Counted from the stretch's first letter, positions 20,635-31,635 are shown. The stretch: DNA of 64,000 nucleotides from an uncultured Trueperaceae bacterium (GCA_963799485.1 CAWCXJ010000006.1:480001-544000); one strand, 5' to 3'. Notes: generated by a model from the sequence alone, not told the origin. Numbers and translations are program-made.

Positions 20635-20831
20635 GTAGCCTGATCCTGTTACCACGACGCGCTACCGCTCACCCGGCGCGTCGCTAGTATTCCGTAAGTC
20701 CTTGAAAAGCTAGAGCTAGCTCCAACAATCGTGCTGTTGACCCCAGCACGATATTTAATATCAGTGCTAAGCTTTGTCAACTAAACTGTGAAGAAGGCAT
20801 GATTTGATTTGATGCATAATTTAGGAGAGGA

Positions 20832-22043
20832 ATGACGGCTCAAACGCGACGACGGGGAGAATTCAGAGTTGAGTCGCGTGCTCAGCTATTTGATCTGTTG
20901 CAAGACGTTATGGACGTCTCTTACTCTCACCTTCTTGAAGGTCGCCGCCTCGAATATGAAAGAGGGTTGCTTAAAAGCTACATACTTGAGACAGACCTAT
21001 TTCGAGATGAAGAAAAGCTCAGCAATGAGAAGAAGGTCAAGCAATTCATCAAACAGTCCCTGACACCAGAAGCCAAAGCTCGAACCCTTATTACAATTCG
21101 AGAAACAGATGAGGAAAAGTTCTATGAGATCGAATGTACAACCAACAAGCACCAATCGACTATCTACCTTGATGCAAGCACGGATGATAGGTTTTGGCTA
21201 GCCTATTCGATAAGTAATTCGACATCTACTGATTGGTGGTTGGATAGGGTTGTTTCCACGAACCCAAACATAGACTATGCATGGCTGTGGCCTCGGTTTC
21301 TAGAAGGCGTACAACAGCGAGGTCTCCCGCGTGGCTTTGGGCTGGATTATGACTACAGAAGATTTGAGGAAGAGTCAGAAGTAACGAGCTACATCAAAAT
21401 GCAATTATGGGGCGGCGCGGATACCGCAGTAGTTTATGAGACGCTCAAAGGCTTGCGAGAACTCAATGGCAAGATCGTCCTATCTAAAGTGAGGGTTAAA
21501 TCCCTTAGAGATGACGATATTGAACCAGAAAAAGAAAATTTGCATTTTGCTTTAGAGGATATTAAATATACTGGCAAGTTTACGGTTAGGGGAACTGACT
21601 TTGGTGTTCACAACAGAAACCTAAATCGTGTTCGTGCTAGCTATGCGGAAATTGTACGCAGTGTAGAAAATATGTGTGGGCTCAGTTGGGATGTAGACCA
21701 AACAGGTGGAGTTATCCTAGATGGTTACGCAATTAACTTCATTCCGCAAAACCTGACTCTGGATGTTTTGAGCTTCTGTGAACGTGTATTTAGTGGTAGT
21801 CTTCCGTTTCGGCTATTAGGCATGATCAACCTGAAGCACGATAACTACGCAACAGTCAACGTAGTGGATATGCATACAGGAGGAAAGCTTTTCTTTGAGA
21901 TTTCGCCTGATTTAATAACGGTTTATCTACCAAGTGCAACTTGTGGAAATACCATCGCTCGCTTGTATACAAATTTGCAACACTATTTGAATTCCAATTT
22001 TGAGGTTGAGGCAGACAATGGACAAAGACTCTTTCGATTCTGA
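20832..22043 (+). CDS. Uncharacterised 403-aa cargo protein (candidate defence gene A)
   Basis: Long intact AT-rich ORF, RBS AGGAGAGG, upstream extended -10 TGCTAAGCT; no family recognised. Confidence 0.85.
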   Translation: MTAQTRRRGEFRVESRAQLFDLLQDVMDVSYSHLLEGRRLEYERGLLKSYILETDLFRDEEKLSNEKKVKQFIKQSLTPEAKARTLITIRETDEEKFYEIECTTNKHQSTIYLDASTDDRFWLAYSISNSTSTDWWLDRVVSTNPNIDYAWLWPRFLEGVQQRGLPRGFGLDYDYRRFEEESEVTSYIKMQLWGGADTAVVYETLKGLRELNGKIVLSKVRVKSLRDDDIEPEKENLHFALEDIKYTGKFTVRGTDFGVHNRNLNRVRASYAEIVRSVENMCGLSWDVDQTGGVILDGYAINFIPQNLTLDVLSFCERVFSGSLPFRLLGMINLKHDNYATVNVVDMHTGGKLFFEISPDLITVYLPSATCGNTIARLYTNLQHYLNSNFEVEADNGQRLFRF

Positions 22044-22956
22044 CCTAGTTAATTTATTTATTGCACTTTGTAAAGGCTCGAGAAGGCTCAGGCCACACGC
22101 AGAGAAGTTCAGTAGAGAGCTTGGATATAAAGTCTTTAGATTCGAGCCAAAATTTCCGCTCAAAAGTGGAGGATACAGTTCCCCAGATCTTATCCTTCAT
22201 TCAAAAACTTTAGGCAACGCCCTTGTCATGGAATGGACTCGGAACTCTAATATAAATACAGACGAGCGCAAGCAAAATCAGCTGAGCAAATACGTAAGGA
22301 TGGGATCGGACGATCTGCGCGAGAACGCAGGGATGCCAGCAACTTCAGCGAAGATGCATAGCGTCATAGTTGTTTTAGAACCCGCATCTTGTAAGGCTTA
22401 TATATCTTTCCTCTCAAAGCAAGGGTGGACACTTCCTGTTATGTCGTTCTTGACAGACGGCAACAAACGTACTCTAGTTAAGCAAGCGCACCATATATTG
22501 GAACCTCGCACAGAAGAATTTTTCAGGAATCATCTTGAATTCAGTGACATACCTGAAGGCTACATACCCTTCTCACTACAACACATACGCCTCTCCGATC
22601 TCGTTGAGTTAATCACTAATCACCTGATAAGTTTGATCATAAAAGGAGAAACGAAGCGCGTTGACATTGACCGGTTTTGTGAGGGATATCTTACTGGAAG
22701 CTTCAATATTTTCAAACACTTAGGTCACGAAAAAAAGATGGATCTAAGAAATAAAACTGTGAGGATCCTTCAGATTATTGCCCAAGATGAAAAAACTAGC
22801 GATCTAATCTCTCGAACTGGTAGAAAATCGGACACCTGGGAGTTGCTTGATAGAAAGGATTTTCAGTCAAAGTATTCTTTTTATCACAGTGGGCTGATTG
22901 CTATCGTCAATAAGATAAAAGACAATAATCCTATACAGGGTACTTTGTTTGACTGA
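22018..22956 (+). CDS. Uncharacterised cargo protein with PD-(D/E)xK-like N-terminus (candidate defence gene B)
   Basis: Overlaps gene A by 26 nt; PDLILHS...VMEWT...NQLSKY; ends QGTLFD. Confidence 0.8.
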   Translation: MDKDSFDSDLVNLFIALCKGSRRLRPHAEKFSRELGYKVFRFEPKFPLKSGGYSSPDLILHSKTLGNALVMEWTRNSNINTDERKQNQLSKYVRMGSDDLRENAGMPATSAKMHSVIVVLEPASCKAYISFLSKQGWTLPVMSFLTDGNKRTLVKQAHHILEPRTEEFFRNHLEFSDIPEGYIPFSLQHIRLSDLVELITNHLISLIIKGETKRVDIDRFCEGYLTGSFNIFKHLGHEKKMDLRNKTVRILQIIAQDEKTSDLISRTGRKSDTWELLDRKDFQSKYSFYHSGLIAIVNKIKDNNPIQGTLFD

Positions 22957-23008
22957 AAGGAGAAGCAACTAAATGAGCTCACGTTGACATGCGCTATTCA
23001 CTTGACCA

Positions 23009-23046
23009 CAAAAAGACCCCCGACGCTAAACCGGGGGCTTGCTTTG
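23009..23046. terminator. Probable bidirectional intrinsic terminator
   Basis: CCCCCG-loop-CCGGGGG hairpin with an A-tract on the left and a T-rich tail on the right, between convergent genes. Confidence 0.6.
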
Positions 23047-23286
23047 AATTGTAAGTTTAACTAAGTGCCTCGAGCGCCTCTAGCTTCAGAGCACACGTTT
23101 CAACTCGCGTCTAGCAGCGTTCTCTACACATGCCGCTGCTAGACGTTCAGCCTGACTACTTTGACCTAACGCTGATACCTGCCTATGAAGGGCTACAGCT
23201 CCGATAGCGGGTTACTGCCCGATCTACAACCTCTTCAGGGGCAAGATCAAAGATCATTGATCCAGTATTTGCAGAGGTATTCAAGC

Positions 23287-23568
23287 TCATGCGGCGACCG
23301 CCAAAGTATTTACAGCCGGGACAAGGCTGTGAACCTCATCCCAGACGCCGTAATCGACCCGCTGCACAGAAGTCTCAAAAGCGTAGCGGTGTACCGGAAA
23401 AACGACCTCATCACGCTTTAGGTCAGCTAAGGCGACGCGTCGGTTTACTTTGTCGGCGCTCTCGATGATGGCGTAACCAAAGGTGAGGGTGCTCGAGACC
23501 GCTGTGATAATGCCGAGGCCGCGCACCGTTGCGCCTAAAAGTTTGGTTTGTCTGGGTGTATTCTGCAT
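23287..23568 (-). CDS. Hypothetical protein divergent from repressor (possibly truncated)
   Basis: ATG downstream of a TTGACA-N17-TATCAT promoter. Confidence 0.5.
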   Translation of the reverse strand: MQNTPRQTKLLGATVRGLGIITAVSSTLTFGYAIIESADKVNRRVALADLKRDEVVFPVHRYAFETSVQRVDYGVWDEVHSLVPAVNTLAVAA

Positions 23569-23626
23569 TTGGAACTTCGTTTCTAGCTAAGGGATAACTT
23601 TGGACGGTTGCCCTTAGCTGTCTGTA

Positions 23627-23668
23627 ATGATAACAATTATTGACAGTGGTGTCAATATCGTATACCAT
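23627..23668. promoter_or_regulatory. Overlapping divergent sigma70-type promoters with palindromic operator
   Basis: Plus TTGACA(23640)-N17-TACCAT; minus TTGACA(23655)-N17-TATCAT; palindrome TATTGACAgtggTGTCAATA. Confidence 0.7.
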
Positions 23669-23675
23669 GTCTAAT

Positions 23676-23918
23676 ATGGGAATGAACGAAAACATCAGAC
23701 AAACGGTGCGTAACACCATGAACGCCAAAGACGTAAGTACCTACAAACTGGCAGAGCAGGCTGGTATGTCTCAGCCCAACGTGGCGCGCGCGCTTACCGG
23801 ACGATCCGGGAGTATCCCGACAACGTGGCAGCGCATCTTGGACGCGTTAGGGCTCGAGCTGGTAGCTGTACCCAAAGGAACCGACGTAGCCAAGCTTTTG
23901 GCAGAGAGAGAGGGGTAA
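23676..23918 (+). CDS. XRE-family HTH repressor
   Basis: STYKLAEQAGMSQPNVARAL...WQRILDALGLEL; start choice among nearby ATGs uncertain. Confidence 0.85.
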   Translation: MGMNENIRQTVRNTMNAKDVSTYKLAEQAGMSQPNVARALTGRSGSIPTTWQRILDALGLELVAVPKGTDVAKLLAEREG

Positions 23919-23920
23919 CG

Positions 23921-25114
23921 ATGGCGAGACGTAAAAGCACACGGCGCGGTAAGGGTGAGGGTTCTGTATTTGAGTTTGAACGTAACTATAAACAGAAAGA
24001 CGGCTCTATCGTTGTCCGTACCGGTTGGGAGGGTAAGGTCACAGTCGGTTATGACGAAAACGGCAAGCAGCGTTTTAAGAGCGTGTACGGCAAAACGCAG
24101 GGTGAAACACTGGCTAAAGTTGCCGAGATTAAACAGCGGCTCGTAAATGGCACCTATACGGATGTCAAGCTCACTGTCGGCGAATACTTAGAGCAGTGGC
24201 TAAAAGAGAAAGAGCGTAGTGTCAAACCGCGTACCGCGATGCTCTACCGGGAGCAAGCCGAGCGGTACGTCATTCCTAAAGTGGGTAAGGTCAAGCTCGA
24301 GAAGCTCACGCCCTTACACCTTCAGCGGATGATTAGCGAGTTAGCTGACGAGATCGGCATACCGACAGCAAACAAGGCCCGTACCCTTATGTTTGCCGCG
24401 CTAAAACAGGCGGTACGGTGGCAACTCATTCACCGGAACCCGTGTGAAGCTGTTGCCAAACTAAAAGAGACCCGGAAAGAGATGATTCTATGGACGCCCG
24501 CCGAAACCGTACAGTTCTTAGAAGCGGCTCGACCTCATAGACTTTACGCCGCGTTCTATCTGGCTGTGTTTGCCGGGTTACGCCGGGGTGAGCTGCTAGG
24601 TTTGCGCTGGAAAGACCTCACCGGCCCGGTGCTGAGCGTTCGTCAATCCCTCACCGTCTTAGGTGGTACACCTCACTTCACGACCCCCAAGACGCGCAAG
24701 GGGGAGCGGTACGTCACCGTCTCCCCTGACGTGCTCGAGGTACTCGCACAACATCGGCTGATTCAAGAGGCAGAGGCTAGGGCGCTGGGCGATGCCTGGA
24801 CAGATACGGGGCTCATCTTTACAACCGAGATCGGGACGCTGATTCACCCCCGGAACTTTGAACGCAGTTTCAAGGGACTACTGAAGGATGCCGACGTAAC
24901 TACGGCCCGGTTACACGACCTGAGACACCTACACGTCTCGCTACTCGTTTCTAAGGGGTTTGACCCGCGCTCGATAGCCGACCGGGTAGGCCATACGAAC
25001 CCAAGCTTTACGCTCGACGTGTACAGCCACATGTTTGCGAATCAGCGGGCACAGGCCGCTGTAGGGATGGCTGACCTACTCGGCACGGGCGCACAACAGC
25101 GGGAAACGAACTAA
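23921..25114 (+). CDS. int: Tyrosine recombinase/integrase
   Basis: N-terminal GEGSVF arm-binding region; GLRRGELLGL, PKT, HDLRH, VGH, DVYSH catalytic motifs. Confidence 0.96.
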   Translation: MARRKSTRRGKGEGSVFEFERNYKQKDGSIVVRTGWEGKVTVGYDENGKQRFKSVYGKTQGETLAKVAEIKQRLVNGTYTDVKLTVGEYLEQWLKEKERSVKPRTAMLYREQAERYVIPKVGKVKLEKLTPLHLQRMISELADEIGIPTANKARTLMFAALKQAVRWQLIHRNPCEAVAKLKETRKEMILWTPAETVQFLEAARPHRLYAAFYLAVFAGLRRGELLGLRWKDLTGPVLSVRQSLTVLGGTPHFTTPKTRKGERYVTVSPDVLEVLAQHRLIQEAEARALGDAWTDTGLIFTTEIGTLIHPRNFERSFKGLLKDADVTTARLHDLRHLHVSLLVSKGFDPRSIADRVGHTNPSFTLDVYSHMFANQRAQAAVGMADLLGTGAQQRETN

Positions 25115-25209
25115 AATCCTGTAGGTGTAATTAAGGTGTAAACTGGCACACAAGAGAAGCGCCCCACACTTAGCGGGGCTTCTTTTTTGCGTCTCTGACG
25201 TTGTTTCTT

Positions 25210-25286
25210 TGGTAGCGATGGAGAGACTTGAACTCTCGACCTCACGATTATGAGTCGTGCGCTCTAACCAGCTGAGCTACATCGCC
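25210..25286 (-). tRNA. tRNA-Met (CAT), probably elongator; integration target
   Basis: GGCGATG...CACGA-CTCATAA-TCGTG...GTTCAAGT...CATCGCTACCA cloverleaf. Confidence 0.95.
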
Positions 25287-25406
25287 TTACTCTTCCCGTC
25301 TTGCATACAATTTCTCGTTCTGCGCACCCTTAAAGATCAGGCTTGGAACGTAAAACCACTAAGAAGTTTATCACTTTACGCGTCAAGCCTTCAAGGTGTC
25401 TGGGGG

Positions 25407-25645
25407 CAGGGCAACCGCAAAGTCGGCGGTGTAGCTTGGTGAATGACCGAACGAGACTTACCCGAACTGCTCAAGGACTTTGCGGACTTACCCGAATCCC
25501 TGTGACCCGCGCGGGATTCGGCATGAGCTGGTGGACACTGTGTGCATCAACATTTTGGCGGTCGTTTGTGGAGCCAACACCTATAGTCAGATACATCAGT
25601 ACGCGTTGGCGCAAGAGGTTTGGTTGCGGGAGTTTCTGACGTGAC
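25407..25645 (+). mobile_element. ISAs1-family left end and transposase N-terminal remnant
   Basis: CAGGGCAACCGCA terminus; frameshifted MTERDLPELLKDFADLP / DPRGIRHELVDTVCINILAVVCGANTYSQI...WLREFL. Confidence 0.75.
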
Positions 25646-25672
25646 CCCCGAGACCCAAGCCAGAAAGGCTGT

Positions 25673-26842
25673 GAGTACACCATCAACTAAGATTTGCGAC
25701 ATTTGTGGTAATGCCTGGCAAGGGTGTCGCGGGCGGCATCGGTAGAGAACTGCCAGGTGACGGTCGCGCGCTTAGCGTTGCGGTCGCGGATCCAGGCGAG
25801 GACTTCGTGCTCACGCAGAGCCTGGTCAGGAATGCGGCGAGCAAGACACTGTTTGGACAAAGCAGAGAACTCGATCGTGTTCAGCCAACTCGCGCCTTTA
25901 GGGGTGAAGTGAAAGGCAAAGTGCTCGGCTAGCGCAAAGGCGTCGTCGGGGGGCAAGTGGGCGTAGAACGAGCCGCCCTGATGGGTGAGATGGCCCTGCA
26001 CCAACTCAAGCTGTTCGGCCTCGGGAAACTGCGGTTCAAGGTGCTGCATGAAGGCGGTGTACTCTTTGGCCGTGCGGCGCTCGTAGACTTTCGCCCAGCG
26101 TCTGCCGGTGGTAGGCTCGAACGCCAGCGCACACGAGCCGTGTTTGGTGTAGTGGTAGTCCTCTCGCTTGGGCTTGCCCGAGGTCATTGGCAGCGGCACG
26201 ACCGCCGCGCCAATCAAGAAGCAGGGGCGTTCGTCGAAACATGATGACGGGACGTTTTGGATTATAGGGCCGGGCGTAGCGCGCCAGGGCCCCCTCCATC
26301 CGCCGGAGAAACAGCGGCGTGATCTCGCTCAGGCACCATTGCCGCTTGCGGTGCGGCGCGAGTTCGTTTTTTTCAGCACCTCGCCGACCGTGACGTGCGA
26401 GATCGTCTCGACACAACCCAACGCAACCGCTTTGTCCGCCAGCAAGCGCAAGTCCCACCAGGCACGCCCCGCAGGTGCCGGGCTGCACGCCGGCGCCGTC
26501 AACTTCGCCCGCACCTCACCGTCGAAGGCGTGAAGTCGTCCTGGCTGTGGCTGCTCCCGAACCGCCGCTACGTCCTCAACCCCGTAGCGACGGCGGATGC
26601 GGCTCACCGTCGCCCGGCTGACCCCGACCCGTTCGATCACCTCGGCGTCCTTGTGGCCTTCATCGACCAACAGCAGGATACGCGCTCGTACTCGTATCTG
26701 TGACCGCAGGAAATCCTTTAGGGTACTTCCCCCTGGCGCGTCAGCGTCTCTAGCTCGTGGCGTTCCTCCGGCGCTAACTTGACCTCGTAGAGCTTCTTGG
26801 GTAGCCCTCGGTATAATGCATTCCTTGCCTAACGGTGTACTA
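25673..26842 (-). mobile_element. IS630-family element, transposase pseudogene
   Basis: Ends (G/T)AGTACACC; fragments WDLRLLADKAV...LKKNELAPHRKRQWC, FHFTPKGASWLN..E, WQFST..AR. Confidence 0.85.
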
Positions 26843-26869
26843 ACTCAAAAAATTGGTAGAGACACGTGC

Positions 26870-27547
26870 TTAGCGTTGCCACAACCACTCGCGCAACGTC
26901 AAACCGCTTGCCGTAACTTTAGTAGCCTCTTCACGCCCGACGTAACGGTAATGCCACGGCTCATAGATATAGCAGGTCAGCGCCTCTTTACCTTTCGGGT
27001 AGCTCATCACAAAACCGAACTCGGCGGCGTGCTCCTTTAACCACGTACCTTCCGGCGTTTCAGCCCAATCGTCTAACTCCCACGCGGCGGGGCCGTTCGC
27101 GCTGCGAAAGTCAAGCGCGGTACCGAGCTGATGTTCAGAATGACCGGGACGGGCGCTGCTTCTTAAAGCGGCGTCGTAGCCGTCTACCACAACCCAGCGG
27201 TTAAACGTATCAATTTGATAGTTGTATGAACGGTAGGCGGACTGAACCTCGAGCCCCAGCCCAGCCGCCTCAGCTGCCGCCAAGAGCGCTTTTAGGTCGG
27301 GTATCACCAGGCTCCGAACCTGCGTCGCGTCTGTGCCTACGCCTAACGAAGTCAGGGGCTCGAGGTCATCCGGCGCGTAGTCTTCGGGCAGTGCGTAGAG
27401 CGTGTCGAGCAGCGTATAGGGCCAGTCGTCGTAACTTGTGGAGTTGGCGGGACGGTCTTCGTAACCGCACTTGGGTAGCGGAGTTTGAGCAAACGCAAAA
27501 GAAAAGACAGGCAAAACAAGCAAGCTTAAACGCAACATGCTGGGCAT
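26870..27547 (-). CDS. D-alanyl-D-alanine carboxypeptidase (M15B/VanY)
   Basis: Signal peptide; SAYRSY, SARPGHSEHQLGTALD, YEPWHYRYVG. Confidence 0.92.
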   Translation of the reverse strand: MPSMLRLSLLVLPVFSFAFAQTPLPKCGYEDRPANSTSYDDWPYTLLDTLYALPEDYAPDDLEPLTSLGVGTDATQVRSLVIPDLKALLAAAEAAGLGLEVQSAYRSYNYQIDTFNRWVVVDGYDAALRSSARPGHSEHQLGTALDFRSANGPAAWELDDWAETPEGTWLKEHAAEFGFVMSYPKGKEALTCYIYEPWHYRYVGREEATKVTASGLTLREWLWQR

Positions 27548-27953
27548 CGTAACAACCTTTGTGGGTTTAGGGTTGGGGTCGGAGGGTAAAAAACAGTAGT
27601 TTCGGGCTGCCACTTTCATTTACGGCGCTAAAACGTCGGGCCGAAAATCGTCCCGCGCAGCTCCACCGGCTCTGCAAGTATCCATAATGGTAGCGCGGCG
27701 AACAGCAGGATAAAAGCAGCGGCGCTCAGAGCGCCAGCACGCCGCGTAAGTCGCGCAGGGCAGTCCGAAACGCCGCCCAGACGGCTAACAGCGAGTACAC
27801 GCTGACGAAGCCTGCGCCGATAGGGAAGAGCCAGGCGGTCGGGTAGTGAGCGCCACGTTGTCATCGTTGTCGTACGAGCACGCCCGGACACAGTTCAGAC
27901 AAAAGGTGCAGTCCATATTTGAAGTATAGCGATTACCAGAAGCACTGATTAAG

Positions 27954-28142
27954 CTAGGGTCTGTCTGACTAAACTTCATAGCCATAGCATGATGGAAGCG
28001 ACAAGCACACCAGCGCGGTAGTTTCTGCCCCGCTTGTCATGGCGGGTAGCTACAGCACGAAAGTCTTTAAGCCGGTTGATGCAGCGTTCAATAACGTTGC
28101 GACCTTTACAGGCTTGTTTATCAAAGGCGGGAGGTCGTCCCC
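27954..28142 (-). mobile_element. IS5-family 3' remnant
   Basis: [37 protein letters not shown]; end CTAGGGTCTGTCTGAC. Confidence 0.85.
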
Positions 28143-28151
28143 CTTGTATGT

Positions 28152-29262
<1,111 letters not shown>

Positions 29263-29647
29263 CAAATGACACAGTTGCTTTTTTGGTAATTGCTATACTC
29301 GTCAGCACCATCAGGTCGGTCTTGCAGCCGGGAAAATAACCCTGACCATTCACGTGCCGGATTTGCGAAAGCGGAATAAACGCTGCCTGTCCTTGGGTCT
29401 GAGCCGCGTCCGTATAGCTCTCACGCCCGTGCAAGCATGGTCGGCTGCGGAAGCTGCTGCACACCTCCGGGTTGACTGCAACAATCTGTGTCGGCGAGGC
29501 CGTCGGGGACGGCAAAGACCGCGAGGAGCGGTAAAGATGCCGCGTCGCGCGAATATGTGGGTTTGGCGCTAGGCACGGCGTCCTCCAGCTCGGTAAAGCT
29601 TGGTCCCCTTCATTCTTGGTTTCCCTACCGACACGCTCGCCAATCCG

Positions 29648-30046
29648 TCAGTTGCCCGGAACGGTGACATTAAGCTCGCTTTGTGCTTCGCTACCGTCGG
29701 TGAGTGTTACGTCGGCTTGTAAAATCCAGTCACCTGCCATCGTAAAGGCAAAATCCTGAGCCTGGTAGAGTCCGGCTTCGGTGGGAACGGCTTGGGTCGT
29801 CACGGGCTCCATCCCGGCGTGAGTCATGGTGCCGGTAACGGAAACCTGTGCGTCGGTAACGGCCTGGTTGTCTCCCCCTAGCAGGTAAACGCGCACCGGG
29901 GCGGGGCCGACGGCGTTTTTTTCAGACAGCTCGAGGCGCACCCTTAACCCGCCGGTAGTACCGGTGTTACCTGCGGAAGCTGACGACGGCTCCGGTGGAC
30001 GACACGCGGCGAGCAAAACGAGCAGCAAGATTCCGTAGTAACGCAT
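29648..30046 (-). CDS. FixH/YtkA-like lipoprotein
   Basis: Lipobox LAAC; MTHAGM, G.Y....FTMAGDW. Confidence 0.8.
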   Translation of the reverse strand: MRYYGILLLVLLAACRPPEPSSASAGNTGTTGGLRVRLELSEKNAVGPAPVRVYLLGGDNQAVTDAQVSVTGTMTHAGMEPVTTQAVPTEAGLYQAQDFAFTMAGDWILQADVTLTDGSEAQSELNVTVPGN

Positions 30047-30085
30047 TTTTCTACTTTACACTTTCGCTTTCTGACAGATGTCCCG

Positions 30086-30895
30086 TTACTCGACATTTTT
30101 GCCGGCGTCGGGCAAGCGGTTACGCTGCGCCAAAAAACGGACGACACCCCCGGCGAGCGCGCCCGCTAGAACGTCCGGCTCGCGTAGCAGCGCGGCGTCT
30201 GCCGGGTTGCTCAGATACCCGAGTTCGACGATGAGCGCGGGCGTTGCGGGGTGCGCGCTGTAGCGGTACTTGCGGAAATTAAAGGCGTAGTAGCGGCGCA
30301 TCGCGTCCGTTGTGTTTTGCGTGTCGTCGGACAGGCCTGTCACGCGCAGGTAGCCCTCGTCGATAAGGCGTTTGAGTTCGGGCTCGAGTCCGCTCCGGGG
30401 CGGCTGAAAATACGCTGACTTGTAGCCCGTCCGGGTGGCGTCTGAAACGCTGTCGGCGTGAAGCGCTAAGAGTAAATCTGCGCGATAGTCCACCGGCGGC
30501 GTCGCCGAGAGCAGGTCGACGGTGACGCCTTGGGCCTCGAGCGTCCGCTTCAAGGCCAGGGCGACGCTGCGGTTGACCGAAAGTTCACTGAGTTCACCTG
30601 CAAAACCCCCCGTATTGCCGCGCAGATGTGCGAGTTCGGCAGGCTGCCCGGCGGCCCCGGCGTGACCTACTTGCAGCCCGACGCGCGGCGGCCCCAAGGC
30701 AAGCAGTAAAACGAGCCTCGTTCCGTTCTGAAATGCTGTCCGGGTCTGCCCGGTGAGCTCAACGTGCGCCGGGATGAGGATGCCTGAAAAGCTCAGGGCA
30801 ACGAAAAGCAGCAGGGCAAAAAGCTCGACGGCAACAGGCTGAAGGGTCTCGCGGGTGCGCGGCGTCTCACCATCAGTAAAGCGCTCCGTCCACAC
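30086..30895 (-). CDS. N-acetylmuramoyl-L-alanine amidase (Amidase_3)
   Basis: LQVGH...E..VN...LALHAD...IVELGYLSN..D. Confidence 0.85.
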   Translation of the reverse strand: MWTERFTDGETPRTRETLQPVAVELFALLLFVALSFSGILIPAHVELTGQTRTAFQNGTRLVLLLALGPPRVGLQVGHAGAAGQPAELAHLRGNTGGFAGELSELSVNRSVALALKRTLEAQGVTVDLLSATPPVDYRADLLLALHADSVSDATRTGYKSAYFQPPRSGLEPELKRLIDEGYLRVTGLSDDTQNTTDAMRRYYAFNFRKYRYSAHPATPALIVELGYLSNPADAALLREPDVLAGALAGGVVRFLAQRNRLPDAGKNVE

Positions 30896-30943
30896 CTTAG
30901 CAGCCTAGCACAGCGCCCTACACGTCGTTTGTAGGTCTGTACC

Positions 30944-31618
30944 TCAACCCGCCTTGACGATACGCTCTCCGGTCAGCCAGTAGATTGCGTGTTCGTTGAC
31001 ATTTTCAAAGTGGTCGCCGATGCGCTCCAGGTAGCGCGCCATGCTGAGGAGTTTGGTGGCCTGCGAGATGATTTTGGGGTTTTCCATCATATAGGTCAAG
31101 AGTTCACGCTGAATCTGCTCGTACAAATCGTCGATTTCGTCGTCCATCTCGAGTGCAGACCGCGCCGCCGAAACGTCCCCCTCGGCGATGCCGCGAATGG
31201 TCGTTTCGATCATCACATTGAGGATTTCAAAAATGCGTTCGGTATCGACGTACTTTTTAATAGGCGGTTTTTCGGCGAGTTCAGCCCCGACCCGCGCAAC
31301 GTGGCGGGCGTTGTCCCCGGCGCGTTCGATTTCAGCCAGGGTGCGGTGCAGCGCACCTAGCAGGCGCAAATCGGTCGCGGCGGGTTGACGGCGGGCGATG
31401 ACCGTCAGGATGGTCTGGTCGATTTCGGCCTCGAGCGCGTCGATCTTCAGGTCGTTTTCGGCGCATAGTTCGGCGGCTCCGGGTTCGGCGTCGATCAGTG
31501 CACGTTTGGCCAGCCCGACCGACTCGCGCACCAAGGAAAGCATCCGCACGACCGACGCCGTAATCTCTTGTAGGTTCTGGTCAAGGGCGTTCATAGGTGA
31601 GAAGCGTAACATCTCCAT
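30944..31618 (-). CDS. phoU: Phosphate signalling protein PhoU
   Basis: RRQPAATDLR, ERAGD, DDEIDDLY, LERIGDHFENV; start may be a downstream ATG. Confidence 0.95.
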   Translation of the reverse strand: MEMLRFSPMNALDQNLQEITASVVRMLSLVRESVGLAKRALIDAEPGAAELCAENDLKIDALEAEIDQTILTVIARRQPAATDLRLLGALHRTLAEIERAGDNARHVARVGAELAEKPPIKKYVDTERIFEILNVMIETTIRGIAEGDVSAARSALEMDDEIDDLYEQIQRELLTYMMENPKIISQATKLLSMARYLERIGDHFENVNEHAIYWLTGERIVKAG

Positions 31619-31635
31619 ACTATGAGAGCGGGCTG

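Larger units (their letters stand above)
16187..25254. mobile_element. ~9 kb integrative element (phage-satellite/PICI-like) inserted in tRNA-Met
   Basis: Flanking 51-bp direct repeats, tyrosine integrase, XRE repressor, excisionase-like gene, AAA replication protein; no capsid, tail or conjugation genes recognised. Confidence 0.9.

Noticed and set aside
16187..25254. Complete prophage or conjugative element
   Set aside because: Too small; no virion, lysis, relaxase or T4SS genes recognised.
25210..25286. tRNA-Ile2 (lysidine) or initiator tRNA
   Set aside because: It has G4-C69 rather than the Ile-type C4-G69, and lacks the C1 mismatch and three G-C anticodon-stem pairs of fMet; elongator Met is preferred but not proven.
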